Position numbers and translations under genes: made by a program. A DNA stretch of 60,102 nt from a virus (Duplodnaviria; Caudoviricetes). Below the pieces are notes generated by a model that worked only from the letters and a program-made list of their open reading frames with translations, searched no databases and was not told where the DNA came from. The stretch lies in IMG/VR virus record IMGVR_UViG_3300022221_000008, positions 1-60,102 of that record; one strand, 5' to 3'. Below, in pieces: positions 44,795 to 54,763 of the stretch (positions are counted from its first letter, which is position 1; each line of letters starts with the position of its first letter).

Positions 44795-45477
44795 CACCGG
44801 TCCTGATTCAGGCGGGCGGCCGGGGGCTTCGGCTGCACCCGCTGACCGACCATAATCCCAAGCCGCTCCTGAAAGTTGGTGGTAAGCCGATCCTGGAAAC
44901 CATCATCGACGGCTTCGCGGCCCAGGGCTTCCGCCGCATCTGGCTTTCGGTCCACTACCGGGCCGACCTGATCAAGGGCCATTTCGGCGACGGCTCCGAG
45001 AAAGGCGTGAAGATCAAGTACCTGGAGGAAAAGTCCCCCCAGGGCACCGGCGGCGCGCTCAGATTGTTGCCGCGCTGGGACAAGCCCTTCATCGTTTCCA
45101 ACGCGGATGTCTTGACAAAAATCAACTATGGGCACCTAATGGAGGCACACGCGCGGGCCAATGTGCTGGCCACCGTGTGCGCCGGCCTCTACCAGCAACA
45201 GATCAAATATGGCGTCATTGATAGCGAGGATGGCCGTCTTTTGCGGGTGCGCGAGAAGCCAATCGAGAACTTCCAGGTCAACGCCGGCATCTATGTGCTC
45301 GAACCCGATGCCCGCGACTTCGCGCCCGAAGGCCCCTTCGACATGACCGACCTGATCGAACGCCTGCCCCAAGCGGGCGCCAGGGCGGGCGCGGCGGTCT
45401 ACCCCCTGACCGACTACTGGTGCGACATCGGCGGCTTCGAGGACTACGCCAGGGCCAATGCGGAGTGGAGCCATTGA
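44791..45477 (+). CDS. Sugar-phosphate nucleotidyltransferase (PtmE/LegX-like, no CBS domains)
   Basis: IQAGGRGLRLHPLTDHNPKPLLKVGGKPILE, GTGGAL, VNAGIYVL and YWCDIG motifs. Confidence 0.85.
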   Translation: MTPVLIQAGGRGLRLHPLTDHNPKPLLKVGGKPILETIIDGFAAQGFRRIWLSVHYRADLIKGHFGDGSEKGVKIKYLEEKSPQGTGGALRLLPRWDKPFIVSNADVLTKINYGHLMEAHARANVLATVCAGLYQQQIKYGVIDSEDGRLLRVREKPIENFQVNAGIYVLEPDARDFAPEGPFDMTDLIERLPQAGARAGAAVYPLTDYWCDIGGFEDYARANAEWSH

Positions 45478-46046
45478 GCGTTCTGGGCCTGATCCCCGCG
45501 AGGGGCGGTTCCAAGCGCATCCCGCGCAAGAACATCCGCCTTCTGGGCGAACACCCCTTGGTGCTCTGGACCATCTATCAGGCCAAGGAATCGGTCATGC
45601 TCGACGGCCTGGCGGTTTCGACCGAGGACCGGGAGATCGCCGATCTCTGCTGCGTTCATTGCGACGTGATCCGCCGCCCGCCAGAAATGGCCCACGATAC
45701 CGCCTCGTCCTATCCCCTGATGCTTCATGCGCTCGACCTCTGCGGCGGGGCCTACGAGTATCTCTGCCTCCTGCAGCCGACCAGCCCCTTCCGGGACGCC
45801 GACGATATCGACCAGTGCATCGCGGCCCTGAAGGTTTCGGGCGCCCCCGCCATGGCCTCCTTCACGCAAGGCGGTAAGGTGCCCAACGGCGCCATCTATG
45901 CCGCCCACACGTCCTGGCTAAGGGAGGGCGGGAACTTCGACGGCCCGGCGGTGGAGCCCTTCTGGATGCCGCCCGAAAGAAGTTTGGATATCGACACCGA
46001 GGACGACTGGAGCGAGGCCGAAACGGCCCTGATGGCAATGGCATGA
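45474..46046 (+). CDS. neuA: CMP-nonulosonic acid synthetase (acylneuraminate cytidylyltransferase, NeuA/LegF)
   Basis: IPARGGSKRIPRKN, LLQPTSPFR, PNGAIY and SLDIDTEDD motifs. Confidence 0.92.
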   Translation: MSVLGLIPARGGSKRIPRKNIRLLGEHPLVLWTIYQAKESVMLDGLAVSTEDREIADLCCVHCDVIRRPPEMAHDTASSYPLMLHALDLCGGAYEYLCLLQPTSPFRDADDIDQCIAALKVSGAPAMASFTQGGKVPNGAIYAAHTSWLREGGNFDGPAVEPFWMPPERSLDIDTEDDWSEAETALMAMA

Positions 46047-46990
46047 ACCCTTTCCAGGACCGCTACGACGCCTGCAACGGCGGCACCAATGCATCGAAAT
46101 ATGCCGAATTGCCCGATTTTCCGTGCATTATCGACGTGGAATTGACCTCTTCGTGCAATTTCAGGTGCTTGATGTGTCCCACCGGCAACAGATCGCTAAA
46201 GCGTCCTGCGGTTCTCATGACGGACAAGACCTTGCTGGCGATTATCGACCAGTGTGTGGAGCACGATACGGCGCTGCGCTTTATCGGCTGGGGCGAGCCG
46301 ACGCTGCATCCCGTCCTGGTCCCGGCCTTGCGGCAGGCCAGGGGCCTTCTGACGCACATCAACACCAACGGCTCCAAGATCACGCCGGAATTCGCCTTTG
46401 ACCTCGTGGAGGCCGGACTTTCCTCGATCAAGTTCTCTTTCCAGGGCGTCGATGCGGAATCCTACGAGGAGATGCGGCAGATCAGGTTTTTCGAGGGCAT
46501 GCTGAAGGCCATCAAGGTCATGCGAAGCGCACGCGGCGACAGAGCCCTGCCCTACATCGCGGCCTCGACCTCCATCACCTACGAGACGCCCAAGATGGTC
46601 GAGGACTTCCGCGCCCGGCTCGGGCCGTTGGTCGATCGCCTGTCGATCGGTCACACGACCTTCGACTTCATGGACATGAGCGCCGTGCGGCTCAGGCCGG
46701 GACAAAGGGCCATGCTGGAGCGCCTCAAGGGCTTGTCGAGCGATGCCAAGCAGCACCCCAGTCCTTGCCCGGAGGTCTTCCAGAAGCTCTCCATCCAGGC
46801 CGACGGGTCGGTGGTGCTCTGCTGCAACGATTTCGATGGCACGGTCAATCTGGGAAACGTGAACGCCATCCCGCTTTCCGATCTGTGGCGCCATCCCAAG
46901 ATCGAGGCCTACCGGAAACGGCTGGTGAGGGATGATTACGACGCGCCGCTGTGCCGGGACTGCTACGACTATATGGACCTGACCGGATGA
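46043..46990 (+). CDS. Radical SAM / SPASM-domain protein
   Basis: [21 protein letters not shown]...[10 protein letters not shown]...GNV and CRDC motifs. Confidence 0.9.
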   Translation: MNPFQDRYDACNGGTNASKYAELPDFPCIIDVELTSSCNFRCLMCPTGNRSLKRPAVLMTDKTLLAIIDQCVEHDTALRFIGWGEPTLHPVLVPALRQARGLLTHINTNGSKITPEFAFDLVEAGLSSIKFSFQGVDAESYEEMRQIRFFEGMLKAIKVMRSARGDRALPYIAASTSITYETPKMVEDFRARLGPLVDRLSIGHTTFDFMDMSAVRLRPGQRAMLERLKGLSSDAKQHPSPCPEVFQKLSIQADGSVVLCCNDFDGTVNLGNVNAIPLSDLWRHPKIEAYRKRLVRDDYDAPLCRDCYDYMDLTG

Positions 46991-47634
46991 CCGCCCTGGC
47001 GGCTCAGTACCGGCTCAAGGTGCCGCTCGGGAAGCAAAATCTCGCCATCGACGTGGTGGTCAGCGAACTGACCACCGAGGCCGACCGGGCCGCCATCGCG
47101 GAAATAGCCCAGGGCTTCGAGACGGCGATCGATGTCGGCTGCTTTACCGGCGGGTCTTCCAGCGCCATCCTGTCGGGCGGGGCCTCACTGGTCTGCGTCG
47201 ATACCTTCCGGGGCACGGCGGGAGACTATACCGGCCGGGTGCCGGGCTGGATAGTCCTGCGTATTCTGGAGGCCCGGCTGGAACCTCACCGGGGGCGGTT
47301 TTCGGTCTTCATGGGCAGTAGCGACCAGGCCGCGAAGCTTCTCCGGCCAGCCGACTTCATCTTCATCGACGCCGCTCATGACTACAGGTCCGTGATGGCC
47401 GATATCGCCGGCTGGCTGCCCCTGGTGAAGCCGGGCGGTATTCTGGCGGGGCACGATTTCGACAAGGCCCTGCTCGACCGTCCGCGCGAAGACCTCACGC
47501 CATATCTGGACTACGAGTATTATCAGGGCTTGCATTACGGCGTCGTGGCTGCGGTGCGGGACAGCCTCGCATCCTTCCACTGCGCCGAAGACCCGGACAG
47601 CACGGTCTGGTGGACCGAAAAGGAGATGATATGA
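46987..47634 (+). CDS. Class I SAM-dependent methyltransferase (Methyltransf_24-like)
   Basis: [31 protein letters not shown] and [10 protein letters not shown] motifs. Confidence 0.85.
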   Translation: MTALAAQYRLKVPLGKQNLAIDVVVSELTTEADRAAIAEIAQGFETAIDVGCFTGGSSSAILSGGASLVCVDTFRGTAGDYTGRVPGWIVLRILEARLEPHRGRFSVFMGSSDQAAKLLRPADFIFIDAAHDYRSVMADIAGWLPLVKPGGILAGHDFDKALLDRPREDLTPYLDYEYYQGLHYGVVAAVRDSLASFHCAEDPDSTVWWTEKEMI

Positions 47635-48848
47635 CCCCTCTTTGGAGTGCCGAAGTCGAGGCCCGTATCCGCCGGGAAGCCGTCAACCTCGACCCGCAGC
47701 GACCGCCCGAGACGGTCCAGATGTGCAAGCGCTGCGTCATGACCAACCAGCGCCCGAGGATCGTGTTCGACGAAGAGGGCGTCTGCTCGGCCTGCCGCTA
47801 TGCTGAACGGAAGAAGACCGAAATCGACTGGGCCGAGCGCGAACGGGAGTTGCGTGAGTTGCTCAACATGAATGTTGCCGGAGCGTACGATGTGATCGTT
47901 CCTTCGTCCGGTGGCAAGGACTCTTCCTTTGTGGCCAGCACTTTGAGGGATACTTACGGCCAGCACGTTCTCTGTGCCCGCTGGGCGCCCTTCATGACGA
48001 CTGAGATCGGTGAGCGCAATTGGCAGGCCCTTATTCATGCCGGATTTGACACGGTCACGGGCCAGCCCAACGGGCTTCTGCATAGAAAGCTCGCCCGGCT
48101 GGCTCTTGAGTTTGTGGGGGACCCTTTTGTACCTTTCATTTTTGGCCAACTCTGTTACCCGCTTCATGTTGCGGTGCAAAATGATGTCCGTTTAGTGTTT
48201 TTCGGAGAAAATGGCGAAACGCTCTATGGTGGTGACACCGCTGCGGAGAACAAGCCCTGCTGGGGTTCGGCCGATTGGGAGCGGGTTTATATGAAGGGGG
48301 CGGGTGTTGATAGAATTGTCCAAATCGGCTTGGACCTTGGCGCCATTGAGCCTGATGAAGTGAAGCGGGTTAGCCCATTTTATCGACTCCCTGAAATTGA
48401 TAATCCGCCGGAATTTCATTGGACAAGTTATTATTTGCCTTGGTTCCCACAGGAAAATTTCTACATTGCTGCGGAAAAAACAGGTTTTGAGCCGAATGAA
48501 GAACGATCTCAGGGCACGTACTCAAGATATGCATCGATTGACGACAAAATGGATAACGTTCACTATTTTTTCGGGTATTTGAAATTTGGCATTGGACGTT
48601 GCACATCAGATGCCGCTCATGAGATCAGAGACGGAGAGCTTACGAGGGAAGAGGGACTCTCTTTGGTGGCGAAATACGATGGTGAATATCCATCGCGCCA
48701 TTTGTCAGAGTGCCTTGATTATCTTGATATGGACAAAGAGCAATTTGGTCGTGTTGTTGAGCGTTTCGATATGGCTAGGAACGGCAAGGCGGGTTTGGGC
48801 AATGTGGCGCTCGGACCAGTTAGGCAAGGATTGGCAAGGCAGGCTTAA
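47631..48848 (+). CDS. N-acetyl-sugar amidotransferase (WbuX/PseA/PtmG family)
   Basis: [26 protein letters not shown]-loop SGGKDSS, and [20 protein letters not shown] motifs. Confidence 0.88.
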   Translation: MTPLWSAEVEARIRREAVNLDPQRPPETVQMCKRCVMTNQRPRIVFDEEGVCSACRYAERKKTEIDWAERERELRELLNMNVAGAYDVIVPSSGGKDSSFVASTLRDTYGQHVLCARWAPFMTTEIGERNWQALIHAGFDTVTGQPNGLLHRKLARLALEFVGDPFVPFIFGQLCYPLHVAVQNDVRLVFFGENGETLYGGDTAAENKPCWGSADWERVYMKGAGVDRIVQIGLDLGAIEPDEVKRVSPFYRLPEIDNPPEFHWTSYYLPWFPQENFYIAAEKTGFEPNEERSQGTYSRYASIDDKMDNVHYFFGYLKFGIGRCTSDAAHEIRDGELTREEGLSLVAKYDGEYPSRHLSECLDYLDMDKEQFGRVVERFDMARNGKAGLGNVALGPVRQGLARQA

Positions 48849-49646
48849 GTGCTCGCCTTCAGATTAATAGCTAGGCTCGATATAAGAAACGAGTTCCTGA
48901 TCAAGACTCGGCAATGCGAGGGTGTCAGAAAGGTCGGCGACCCGGCAGAATATGCGGAGAGGTACGATGCGGCAGGAATCGATGAAATTATCTTCTTGGA
49001 TGTTGTTGCCTCTCTATATGGTCGCAATAGTCTTGCTGGCATTGTTGGCCATGTTGGAGAATCTGTGTTTGTCCCTCTCTCGTCTGGTGGCGGCATTGGT
49101 TCGATTGATGGTTCGCGCGCTCTGTTCCTCGCCGGAGCGGACAAAATTATACTCAATAGTGCGGCAGTGCATGACAACGGACTTCTCAGCAGACTTGCCA
49201 GAAAGTTCGGCTCCCAGGCGGTCGTTCTCCAACTCGACGCCAAGCGGCGGAACGGCTCATGGGAAGCCTATTGCGAGGGCGCAAGACAACCGACCGGACG
49301 GGACGCGATAGAATGGGCCAGGGAGGCGGTGGACCGGGGCGCGGGGGAAATCCTTGTCACGTCGATTGACCGGGAAGGCACGTCGAAGGGCTTCGATCTT
49401 GACCTCGTGCGGGCGGTATCGTCTGCGGTCACGGTCCCTGTGGTGGCGGCGGGCGGTTTCGGCCAGGCATCCGATGCGCTGGCCGCCCAACAAGCGGGTG
49501 CCTCCGGGGTAGCCATCGCGGGCGCCCTACACTATAATCGGGTCAAGCTCGACGAAATAAGAGCGGTCTTGGCCAAAGCTGGGGTGAATGTTCGATGCGG
49601 TGTTTCGTCACCGGTGCTTGCGGATTTATCGGCTCCCATCTCGTAG
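48849..49646 (+). CDS. hisF: HisF-like cyclase subunit associated with sugar amidation (WbuZ-like)
   Basis: RLIARLDI, VGDP, GGGI, GADKI and GAGEILVTSIDREGT motifs; adjacent to the amidotransferase. Confidence 0.85.
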   Translation: MLAFRLIARLDIRNEFLIKTRQCEGVRKVGDPAEYAERYDAAGIDEIIFLDVVASLYGRNSLAGIVGHVGESVFVPLSSGGGIGSIDGSRALFLAGADKIILNSAAVHDNGLLSRLARKFGSQAVVLQLDAKRRNGSWEAYCEGARQPTGRDAIEWAREAVDRGAGEILVTSIDREGTSKGFDLDLVRAVSSAVTVPVVAAGGFGQASDALAAQQAGASGVAIAGALHYNRVKLDEIRAVLAKAGVNVRCGVSSPVLADLSAPIS

Positions 49647-50497
49647 AGACGCTTGTGGCCGAGGGTCACGACGTAACCGGTCTGGCGCTCTACAATCCAA
49701 GTCAATCCTGGGGCTGGCTGGAGGGCATCGAGGCCCGCAAGGCCCACGGCGACGTGCGCGATGCCGAGCAGATGCGCCGCCTGATCAAGGGTCACGAGGC
49801 GGTCTTTCACCTCGCGGCCCAGATCGAAGTTCCCTACAGCTTCGTCGCCCCCCGTTCCTTCATCGACACCAACGTCACCGGCACGCTGAATGTCCTGGAA
49901 GCCTGCCGGGCCACTGGTGCGAAGCTGATCCACACCTCTTCCTCGGAGGTCTACGGCACCGCCGCCTACACGCCCCAGGACGAGGCTCATCCGCTTCAGG
50001 CGCAGTCGCCCTATGCGGCTTCGAAGATCGCCGCCGATGCCCTGGTGACCTCCTATCATCGCAGCTACGATCTGCCGGCGGTGATCCTGCGGCCCTTCAA
50101 CACCTACGGACCCCGCCAGTCCGAGCGGGCCGTCATTGCCAGCATCATCCTGCAGGACTTGCGCGACGGCGCCGTGACCCTGGGCGACCTGCGCCCCCAT
50201 CGGGACTTCCTCTATGTCGAGGACACCGTGCGGGCCTTCATGGCGGTCATGAAGCTGTCGGGCGGCGTCTACAATGCCGGCACGGGCATATCGATCAGCA
50301 TCAAGGACTTGGCGGCCAAGATCATCACCTATGCGGCCGCGCAGGGAGAGTACCGCCCTGAGAATGCCGAGGTCCATCTGTTGCGGGCTTCCTCGGCCAA
50401 GCTCTTCGCCGAAACTGGTTGGCGGCCCCGAGTTTCCCTGGATGAGGGTCTGAAACGCACAAAGGAGTGGTGGCATGATTCCGTTAGCCGTTCCTAA
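49595..50497 (+). CDS. legB: NDP-GlcNAc 4,6-dehydratase (LegB-like)
   Basis: VTGACGFIGSHL, VFHLAAQIEVPYSFVAPRSFIDTNVTGT, LQAQSPYAASK and RPFNTYGPRQSERAVI closely match LegB. Confidence 0.85.
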   Translation: MRCFVTGACGFIGSHLVETLVAEGHDVTGLALYNPSQSWGWLEGIEARKAHGDVRDAEQMRRLIKGHEAVFHLAAQIEVPYSFVAPRSFIDTNVTGTLNVLEACRATGAKLIHTSSSEVYGTAAYTPQDEAHPLQAQSPYAASKIAADALVTSYHRSYDLPAVILRPFNTYGPRQSERAVIASIILQDLRDGAVTLGDLRPHRDFLYVEDTVRAFMAVMKLSGGVYNAGTGISISIKDLAAKIITYAAAQGEYRPENAEVHLLRASSAKLFAETGWRPRVSLDEGLKRTKEWWHDSVSRS

Positions 50498-51323
50498 TCT
50501 GACCGGCAAGGAGGGCGAGTACGTGGCCGAGGCCATCGCGTCCGGCTGGGTCGGTCCCGAGGGGCCGTTCGTGGAGCGTTTCGAGGGAATGGTTCGTGAA
50601 GTATCGGGTCGGCGCTGGGCCATTGCGACAATTACGGGCAGCGCGGCCTTGCACGCCTCCGCAACGGCGCTGGGTTTCGCCGGTGACTGTGTGGTGGTGA
50701 TGAGGAAGTCTTTTCCTGCCGCCAGGAATGTATTTCGTTCCCTTGGGTGCGACGTTGTTTTTTCTGAAGGCGGGGAAAACCATGATATTGCGGCCTATTC
50801 TCCGGGCACCATGAAATGGCCTGTGCTTGTGGACGCCGCCCCAGCCATAGGAAACAAACCCATCGGAACTGTTGAATGCTACAGCTTTGCCGCCAATAAG
50901 ACCGTGACCTGTGGACATGGCGGGGCGGTTGTCGGCGACGATCCGAGCTTGGAGGGCCGGGTCACAATGCTGATCAACAATCGCACCGGCAAATACAACT
51001 ACCGCATGGCCAATATCAACGCCGCCATCGGCTGTGCCCAGATGGAACGGCTGGAGGAATTCCGGGAGATCAAACGCAATATCTGGCAGCGCTATGCCGA
51101 TGCTGGGCTGCCCATGATCGACCGTGGCCCGAGCCGCTGGATGTCCACTATTGAGCAGCCGAAAGTTTTTTTCATAGGCGGTTTTAGGCACCGTCTAGAG
51201 GGCGTAGGCGGTTTTAGGCACCGTCTAGAGGCCGATTGGGGAATCAGCCTCCCCTGTTCCACATCTCTCACCAGGGATGATCAGGACAAGGTGATCAAGG
51301 CTTGCGAAGAATCCTTGCGATAG
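50475..51323 (+). CDS. legC: PLP-dependent sugar aminotransferase (LegC/DegT family), shortened
   Basis: IPLAVPNL...SGWV, GSAALH, DAA, SFAANKTVTCGHGG and YNYRMANINAAIGCAQME motifs. Confidence 0.8.
   Translation: MIPLAVPNLTGKEGEYVAEAIASGWVGPEGPFVERFEGMVREVSGRRWAIATITGSAALHASATALGFAGDCVVVMRKSFPAARNVFRSLGCDVVFSEGGENHDIAAYSPGTMKWPVLVDAAPAIGNKPIGTVECYSFAANKTVTCGHGGAVVGDDPSLEGRVTMLINNRTGKYNYRMANINAAIGCAQMERLEEFREIKRNIWQRYADAGLPMIDRGPSRWMSTIEQPKVFFIGGFRHRLEGVGGFRHRLEADWGISLPCSTSLTRDDQDKVIKACEESLR
51175..51231. repeat. Tandem duplication with 30-bp period inside the aminotransferase
   Basis: TAGGCGGTTTTAGGCACCGTCTAGAGG at 51175 and 51205 (GGFRHRLE twice). Confidence 0.9.
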
Positions 51324-52225
51324 AGAGCGGGCGCCACGACGCCACGCCGCTGAAGCCGGTCGTGAGTGAACTGCGCCGCCAGGGCTGTCATGTCCTGTGC
51401 TACGACGTGAAAGCCGGCGCAATCGAGAATGCTTTCAAGAAGCCCTGGGATATCGTTCTGCTGCTGGGCGACCGCTGGGAATCCCTGGCCGTCGCGACTG
51501 TCGCGGTCGTGGCGAACGTCCCCATCGCGCACATCCATGGTGGAGAGGCGACGTTCGGTTCCCATGACAACCAGATCAGGGATGCGATCTCCAAGCTGGC
51601 CAGCATCCATTTCGTCGCCAACGACGCCTTCAAGTGCCGGCTCGTGCTGGGCCTGGGCGAGGATGGCTGGCGCGTCCACGTCACGGGGGCACCGGGCCTG
51701 GACAACCTGACCAACCTCCCGCCCCGGAGCCCGGAGGCGTATTTCGTCTGCACCTATCACCCTGCCACCCTGCAGGAGAACTCCGACCTGCCGGCCCTTC
51801 TCTCTGCTCTCGACCGCTTCCCCGACTACCAACAAATCTGGACGGGCGTAAACGATGACCCAGGAAGCAAGGAGATCGCCGCTTTACTGGCCGGCCGGGA
51901 TGTTCGGCTACTGTCTGACCGTGAGTACCATCTGCTGTGCCGCCATGCTGCTGCGGTGGTGGGCAATTCCTCCAGCGGCATCATCGAGGCTCCGACGCTC
52001 GGCGTGCCGACGGTGAATGTCGGAACGCGGCAAGAGGGCCGGCTCCAGGGGCCGTCGGTCTTTGATTGCGATGCGAAGTCGATCCACTATGCCCTTGTGC
52101 GGGCGATCAAATACGGCGGGCCTTATGAGAACCCCTATGGCGAACCGGGCGCTTCGGCCAAGATCGCCCGCGTTCTTTCGACAATCGACCTCGAGGGCAT
52201 ACAGGTGAAGCGATGGTCTGTGTAG
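51302..52225 (+). CDS. neuC: Hydrolysing NDP-sugar 2-epimerase (NeuC/LegG)
   Basis: LLGDRWE, IAHIHGGE, GAPGLD, TYHPAT, GNSSSGIIEAP and VNVGTRQEGR motifs. Confidence 0.9.
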   Translation: MRRILAIESGRHDATPLKPVVSELRRQGCHVLCYDVKAGAIENAFKKPWDIVLLLGDRWESLAVATVAVVANVPIAHIHGGEATFGSHDNQIRDAISKLASIHFVANDAFKCRLVLGLGEDGWRVHVTGAPGLDNLTNLPPRSPEAYFVCTYHPATLQENSDLPALLSALDRFPDYQQIWTGVNDDPGSKEIAALLAGRDVRLLSDREYHLLCRHAAAVVGNSSSGIIEAPTLGVPTVNVGTRQEGRLQGPSVFDCDAKSIHYALVRAIKYGGPYENPYGEPGASAKIARVLSTIDLEGIQVKRWSV

Positions 52226-53013
52226 TGGCGGAAATCGGAATTAATCATCAAGGCTCCCTGAATCTAGCTCATACCCTAATTAATCATGCCGCCCAGGCGG
52301 GCGCGGACGCGGTGAAGTTTCAGCTCTACCGTCCCTTTCTCCTGTCGCCGCCTGGTCCCTGGCGGGACATGCTCAAGACGCTGGCCCTTCCGACGGGGCT
52401 CTATCCGGACCTCAAAGCCTATGCGGAAGCCCTCGATCTGGAATTCCTCTGCACGCCCTTCGATGTCATGTCCTTGGAATTCCTGGTCGATATGGGCGTG
52501 AAGCGGCTCAAGATTTCCTCCGGCGGGTTAAGGGATATGGCCCTTCTGGAGGCGGCTCGATCGAGCGGTTTGGACTTGATCCTCTCGACCGGCATGGCGA
52601 CCGTTTCCGACATCCGGGAGGCCATGCGCGCGCTCAACTGGCCCAAGGTCTTCATGCTGCAATGCACCAGTTGTTACCCGACGCGGCCCTCGGACGTTCA
52701 CCTGCGGGTCATGGACACCTACCGGCGGGAGTTCGACGCACTGCCGGGCCTGTCGGACCACACCACCGGTATCGCGGTGCCCATCGCGGCCACAGCTTTG
52801 GGCGCCAAAATGATCGAGAAGCACCTGACCCTGGACCGTGATGCGGAGGGGCCGGATCATCAAGCCTCCATCGAGCCGGCGCAGTTCAAGGCCATGGTCG
52901 AGGGCATCCGGGAAGCAGAACAGGCTTTGGGCTCGGATGAGAAGGCCCCGCTCGACTGCGAGGCGCCGGTGATGAAGATCAGAAATGAGAGGGAAAAATG
53001 GCGATCATTATAG
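52213..53013 (+). CDS. neuB: Nonulosonic acid synthase (NeuB/LegI), lacking the C-terminal SAF domain
   Basis: VAEIGINHQG, GADAVKFQ, LKISSG, ILSTGM, QCTSCYP, GLSDHT and IEKHLTLDR...GPDHQAS motifs. Confidence 0.92.
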   Translation: MVCVVAEIGINHQGSLNLAHTLINHAAQAGADAVKFQLYRPFLLSPPGPWRDMLKTLALPTGLYPDLKAYAEALDLEFLCTPFDVMSLEFLVDMGVKRLKISSGGLRDMALLEAARSSGLDLILSTGMATVSDIREAMRALNWPKVFMLQCTSCYPTRPSDVHLRVMDTYRREFDALPGLSDHTTGIAVPIAATALGAKMIEKHLTLDRDAEGPDHQASIEPAQFKAMVEGIREAEQALGSDEKAPLDCEAPVMKIRNEREKWRSL

Positions 53014-53480
53014 GAAATGGCGGGCACGCAAGGGCGCTTGCCCATCGATATTTCCCTGGTGAGAATGTGCGGATGCTTGGCCCCAATGAAGAAATACCAA
53101 TCGAGGGGGACTTAATAATTGGCATGGGGGACGTAAAAACAAGACGGGTAATCTTTAGACTTCTTGAGAGCAGAATCGCATATAATCAGCAGATTATGGC
53201 CGGCGTTCTTATCGGCCCGCATGTTCATTTAGGAAAGAACATTCTTATCAATACTGGCGCCCAGATTGACCATGATTGTGTTATTGGCGACCACTGTTCC
53301 ATCGCTCCCGGCGCCATTCTTTGCGGCGGCGTGACCCTTGGCGAGGGCTGCTTTATCGGGGCCGGCGCCATCATCGTGGAGAACGTGACCCTTGAGCCCA
53401 ATACCTTCATACCTGCCGGATCGCTGGTTGTTAAACAGGACGATATCCGCATGCCGCAGCGCGTGGTACAGAACGGTTGA
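52998..53480 (+). CDS. neuD: Hexapeptide-repeat sugar acetyltransferase (NeuD/PglD/LegH family)
   Basis: IIGNGGHA and INTGAQIDHDCVIG motifs; left-handed beta-helix repeats. Confidence 0.85.
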   Translation: MAIIIGNGGHARALAHRYFPGENVRMLGPNEEIPIEGDLIIGMGDVKTRRVIFRLLESRIAYNQQIMAGVLIGPHVHLGKNILINTGAQIDHDCVIGDHCSIAPGAILCGGVTLGEGCFIGAGAIIVENVTLEPNTFIPAGSLVVKQDDIRMPQRVVQNG

Positions 53481-54246
53481 GCCGCTTCTTCTCTGGCGGG
53501 CTCGTCTGAATTGCGGGCCGGCCATTCAAGACCGCAGCCCCCTGATTACGGTCTATATCCCGACATATAATCGGGAGGAACTTCTGATGACGAGGGCGCT
53601 GCCCAGCGTTCTCAAGCAGACCTATGGAAACATAGAAATCATTGTTGCTGCCCATGGCAGCAGCGAAGAGAACATAAGAGCCTTGGCTCGTGCAAGCGTC
53701 GAAGTGTATTTTGCCGAGCGTGACTTCGTTCCTCTTTGTGTGCCTCGTTATAGCGCCTATCCACCGACGGCGGAGAACCACTGGCTCGCCGGCCCTGTCG
53801 CGCCGGCCAATGCCGCGCTCAGGCTCGCCAAGGGAGACTGGATTGCAAGGATCGACGACGATGATACCTGGACCCCGGACCGCCTGGAGAAGCTTCTGTG
53901 CTTCGCTCAGGCGAACGATTTCGAGTTCGTATCGGCTGCGCACGAGACGCACGAGGGCAAGGTTGCTCCCTACGACCTGATGGGAACGAAGATCGGCGGC
54001 ACGCAGACCTGGCTTTACCGCTCCTATTTGAGGTTCTTCCGCTACAATCCCGACTGCTGGCGCAAGACTTGGCACCGGGTCAACGACACCGATCTACAAC
54101 ATAGGATGTGGCGTGCCGGCGTCCGCATGGGATATCTAGACGAAGTGGTGGCAAAAGTGTTACCAAGGCCCGGCGAAAACGCCGTGGGCTTAAGAGCCTA
54201 TCGGGAAGACCGGGCGAACAAGGAACGCCAAATGGCCTTCGATTAG
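53392..54246 (+). CDS. Family 2 glycosyltransferase (start uncertain)
   Basis: ITVYIPTYNREELL..RALPSVLKQTYGNIEIIV and GDWIARIDDDD motifs. Confidence 0.85.
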   Translation: MSPIPSYLPDRWLLNRTISACRSAWYRTVEPLLLWRARLNCGPAIQDRSPLITVYIPTYNREELLMTRALPSVLKQTYGNIEIIVAAHGSSEENIRALARASVEVYFAERDFVPLCVPRYSAYPPTAENHWLAGPVAPANAALRLAKGDWIARIDDDDTWTPDRLEKLLCFAQANDFEFVSAAHETHEGKVAPYDLMGTKIGGTQTWLYRSYLRFFRYNPDCWRKTWHRVNDTDLQHRMWRAGVRMGYLDEVVAKVLPRPGENAVGLRAYREDRANKERQMAFD

Positions 54247-54289
54247 CCGCTGGGGTAAGGCTGCAACAGCAACAAGCGGAGCTTCAGCA

Positions 54290-54754
54290 ATGTTTTCCAT
54301 CAGGACTTCCATCCATGGCCGCCGGCTTGCCCTTTCGTCCAGCGGCGGCATCGTTTCCGATCCCTCGGGCTCGACCCAGGGCGCCGACCGCTCGGCCCAG
54401 ATGTGGGGCCGGGGTTTGTTCGAAACCGTTTCCGGTGCCGTCGGGGCGATCTCGAACTCCGGTGTCAGCATCGTCTCCAGCGACTCCACGTCCGGTTCCT
54501 CCATGCCGGTTGCGGCCCCCGTCCAGGGCGTCGAAAAGGAGATCGTGTTCCAGACCTCGGCGACGGCCCTGGTTCTCCATACCACCGCCACCACGATCAA
54601 GTTCAACTCGACCCTGGCCGAATCCGCCGCCGGGGGTTCGACCACCCTCACCGTGACCGGCGCCGCCGCCGGTATCGGTGGAACGCTGGTCCTGCGCGGC
54701 TTGTCTGCGACGGCCTGGCAGATCAAGAGCGCAACCGTGAGTGTATCTTCCTGA
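54290..54754 (+). CDS. Ser/Thr/Gly-rich putative virion protein
   Basis: Beta-rich composition; IRTSIHGRRLAL N-terminus; the true start may be slightly upstream. Confidence 0.5.
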   Translation: MFSIRTSIHGRRLALSSSGGIVSDPSGSTQGADRSAQMWGRGLFETVSGAVGAISNSGVSIVSSDSTSGSSMPVAAPVQGVEKEIVFQTSATALVLHTTATTIKFNSTLAESAAGGSTTLTVTGAAAGIGGTLVLRGLSATAWQIKSATVSVSS

Positions 54755-54763
54755 GGAGCTTGA

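Noticed and set aside
48849-49646. hisF as a histidine-biosynthesis auxiliary metabolic gene
   Set aside because: Its position next to an N-acetyl-sugar amidotransferase fits the WbuZ-type glycan amidation role, and no other his genes are present.
44791-54246. Sugar cluster as contaminating host LPS/capsule locus
   Set aside because: The contig is circular, the genes overlap or abut phage-type genes at both borders, the enzymes are truncated relative to bacterial forms, and transport/polymerase genes are missing. Read mapping is still advisable.
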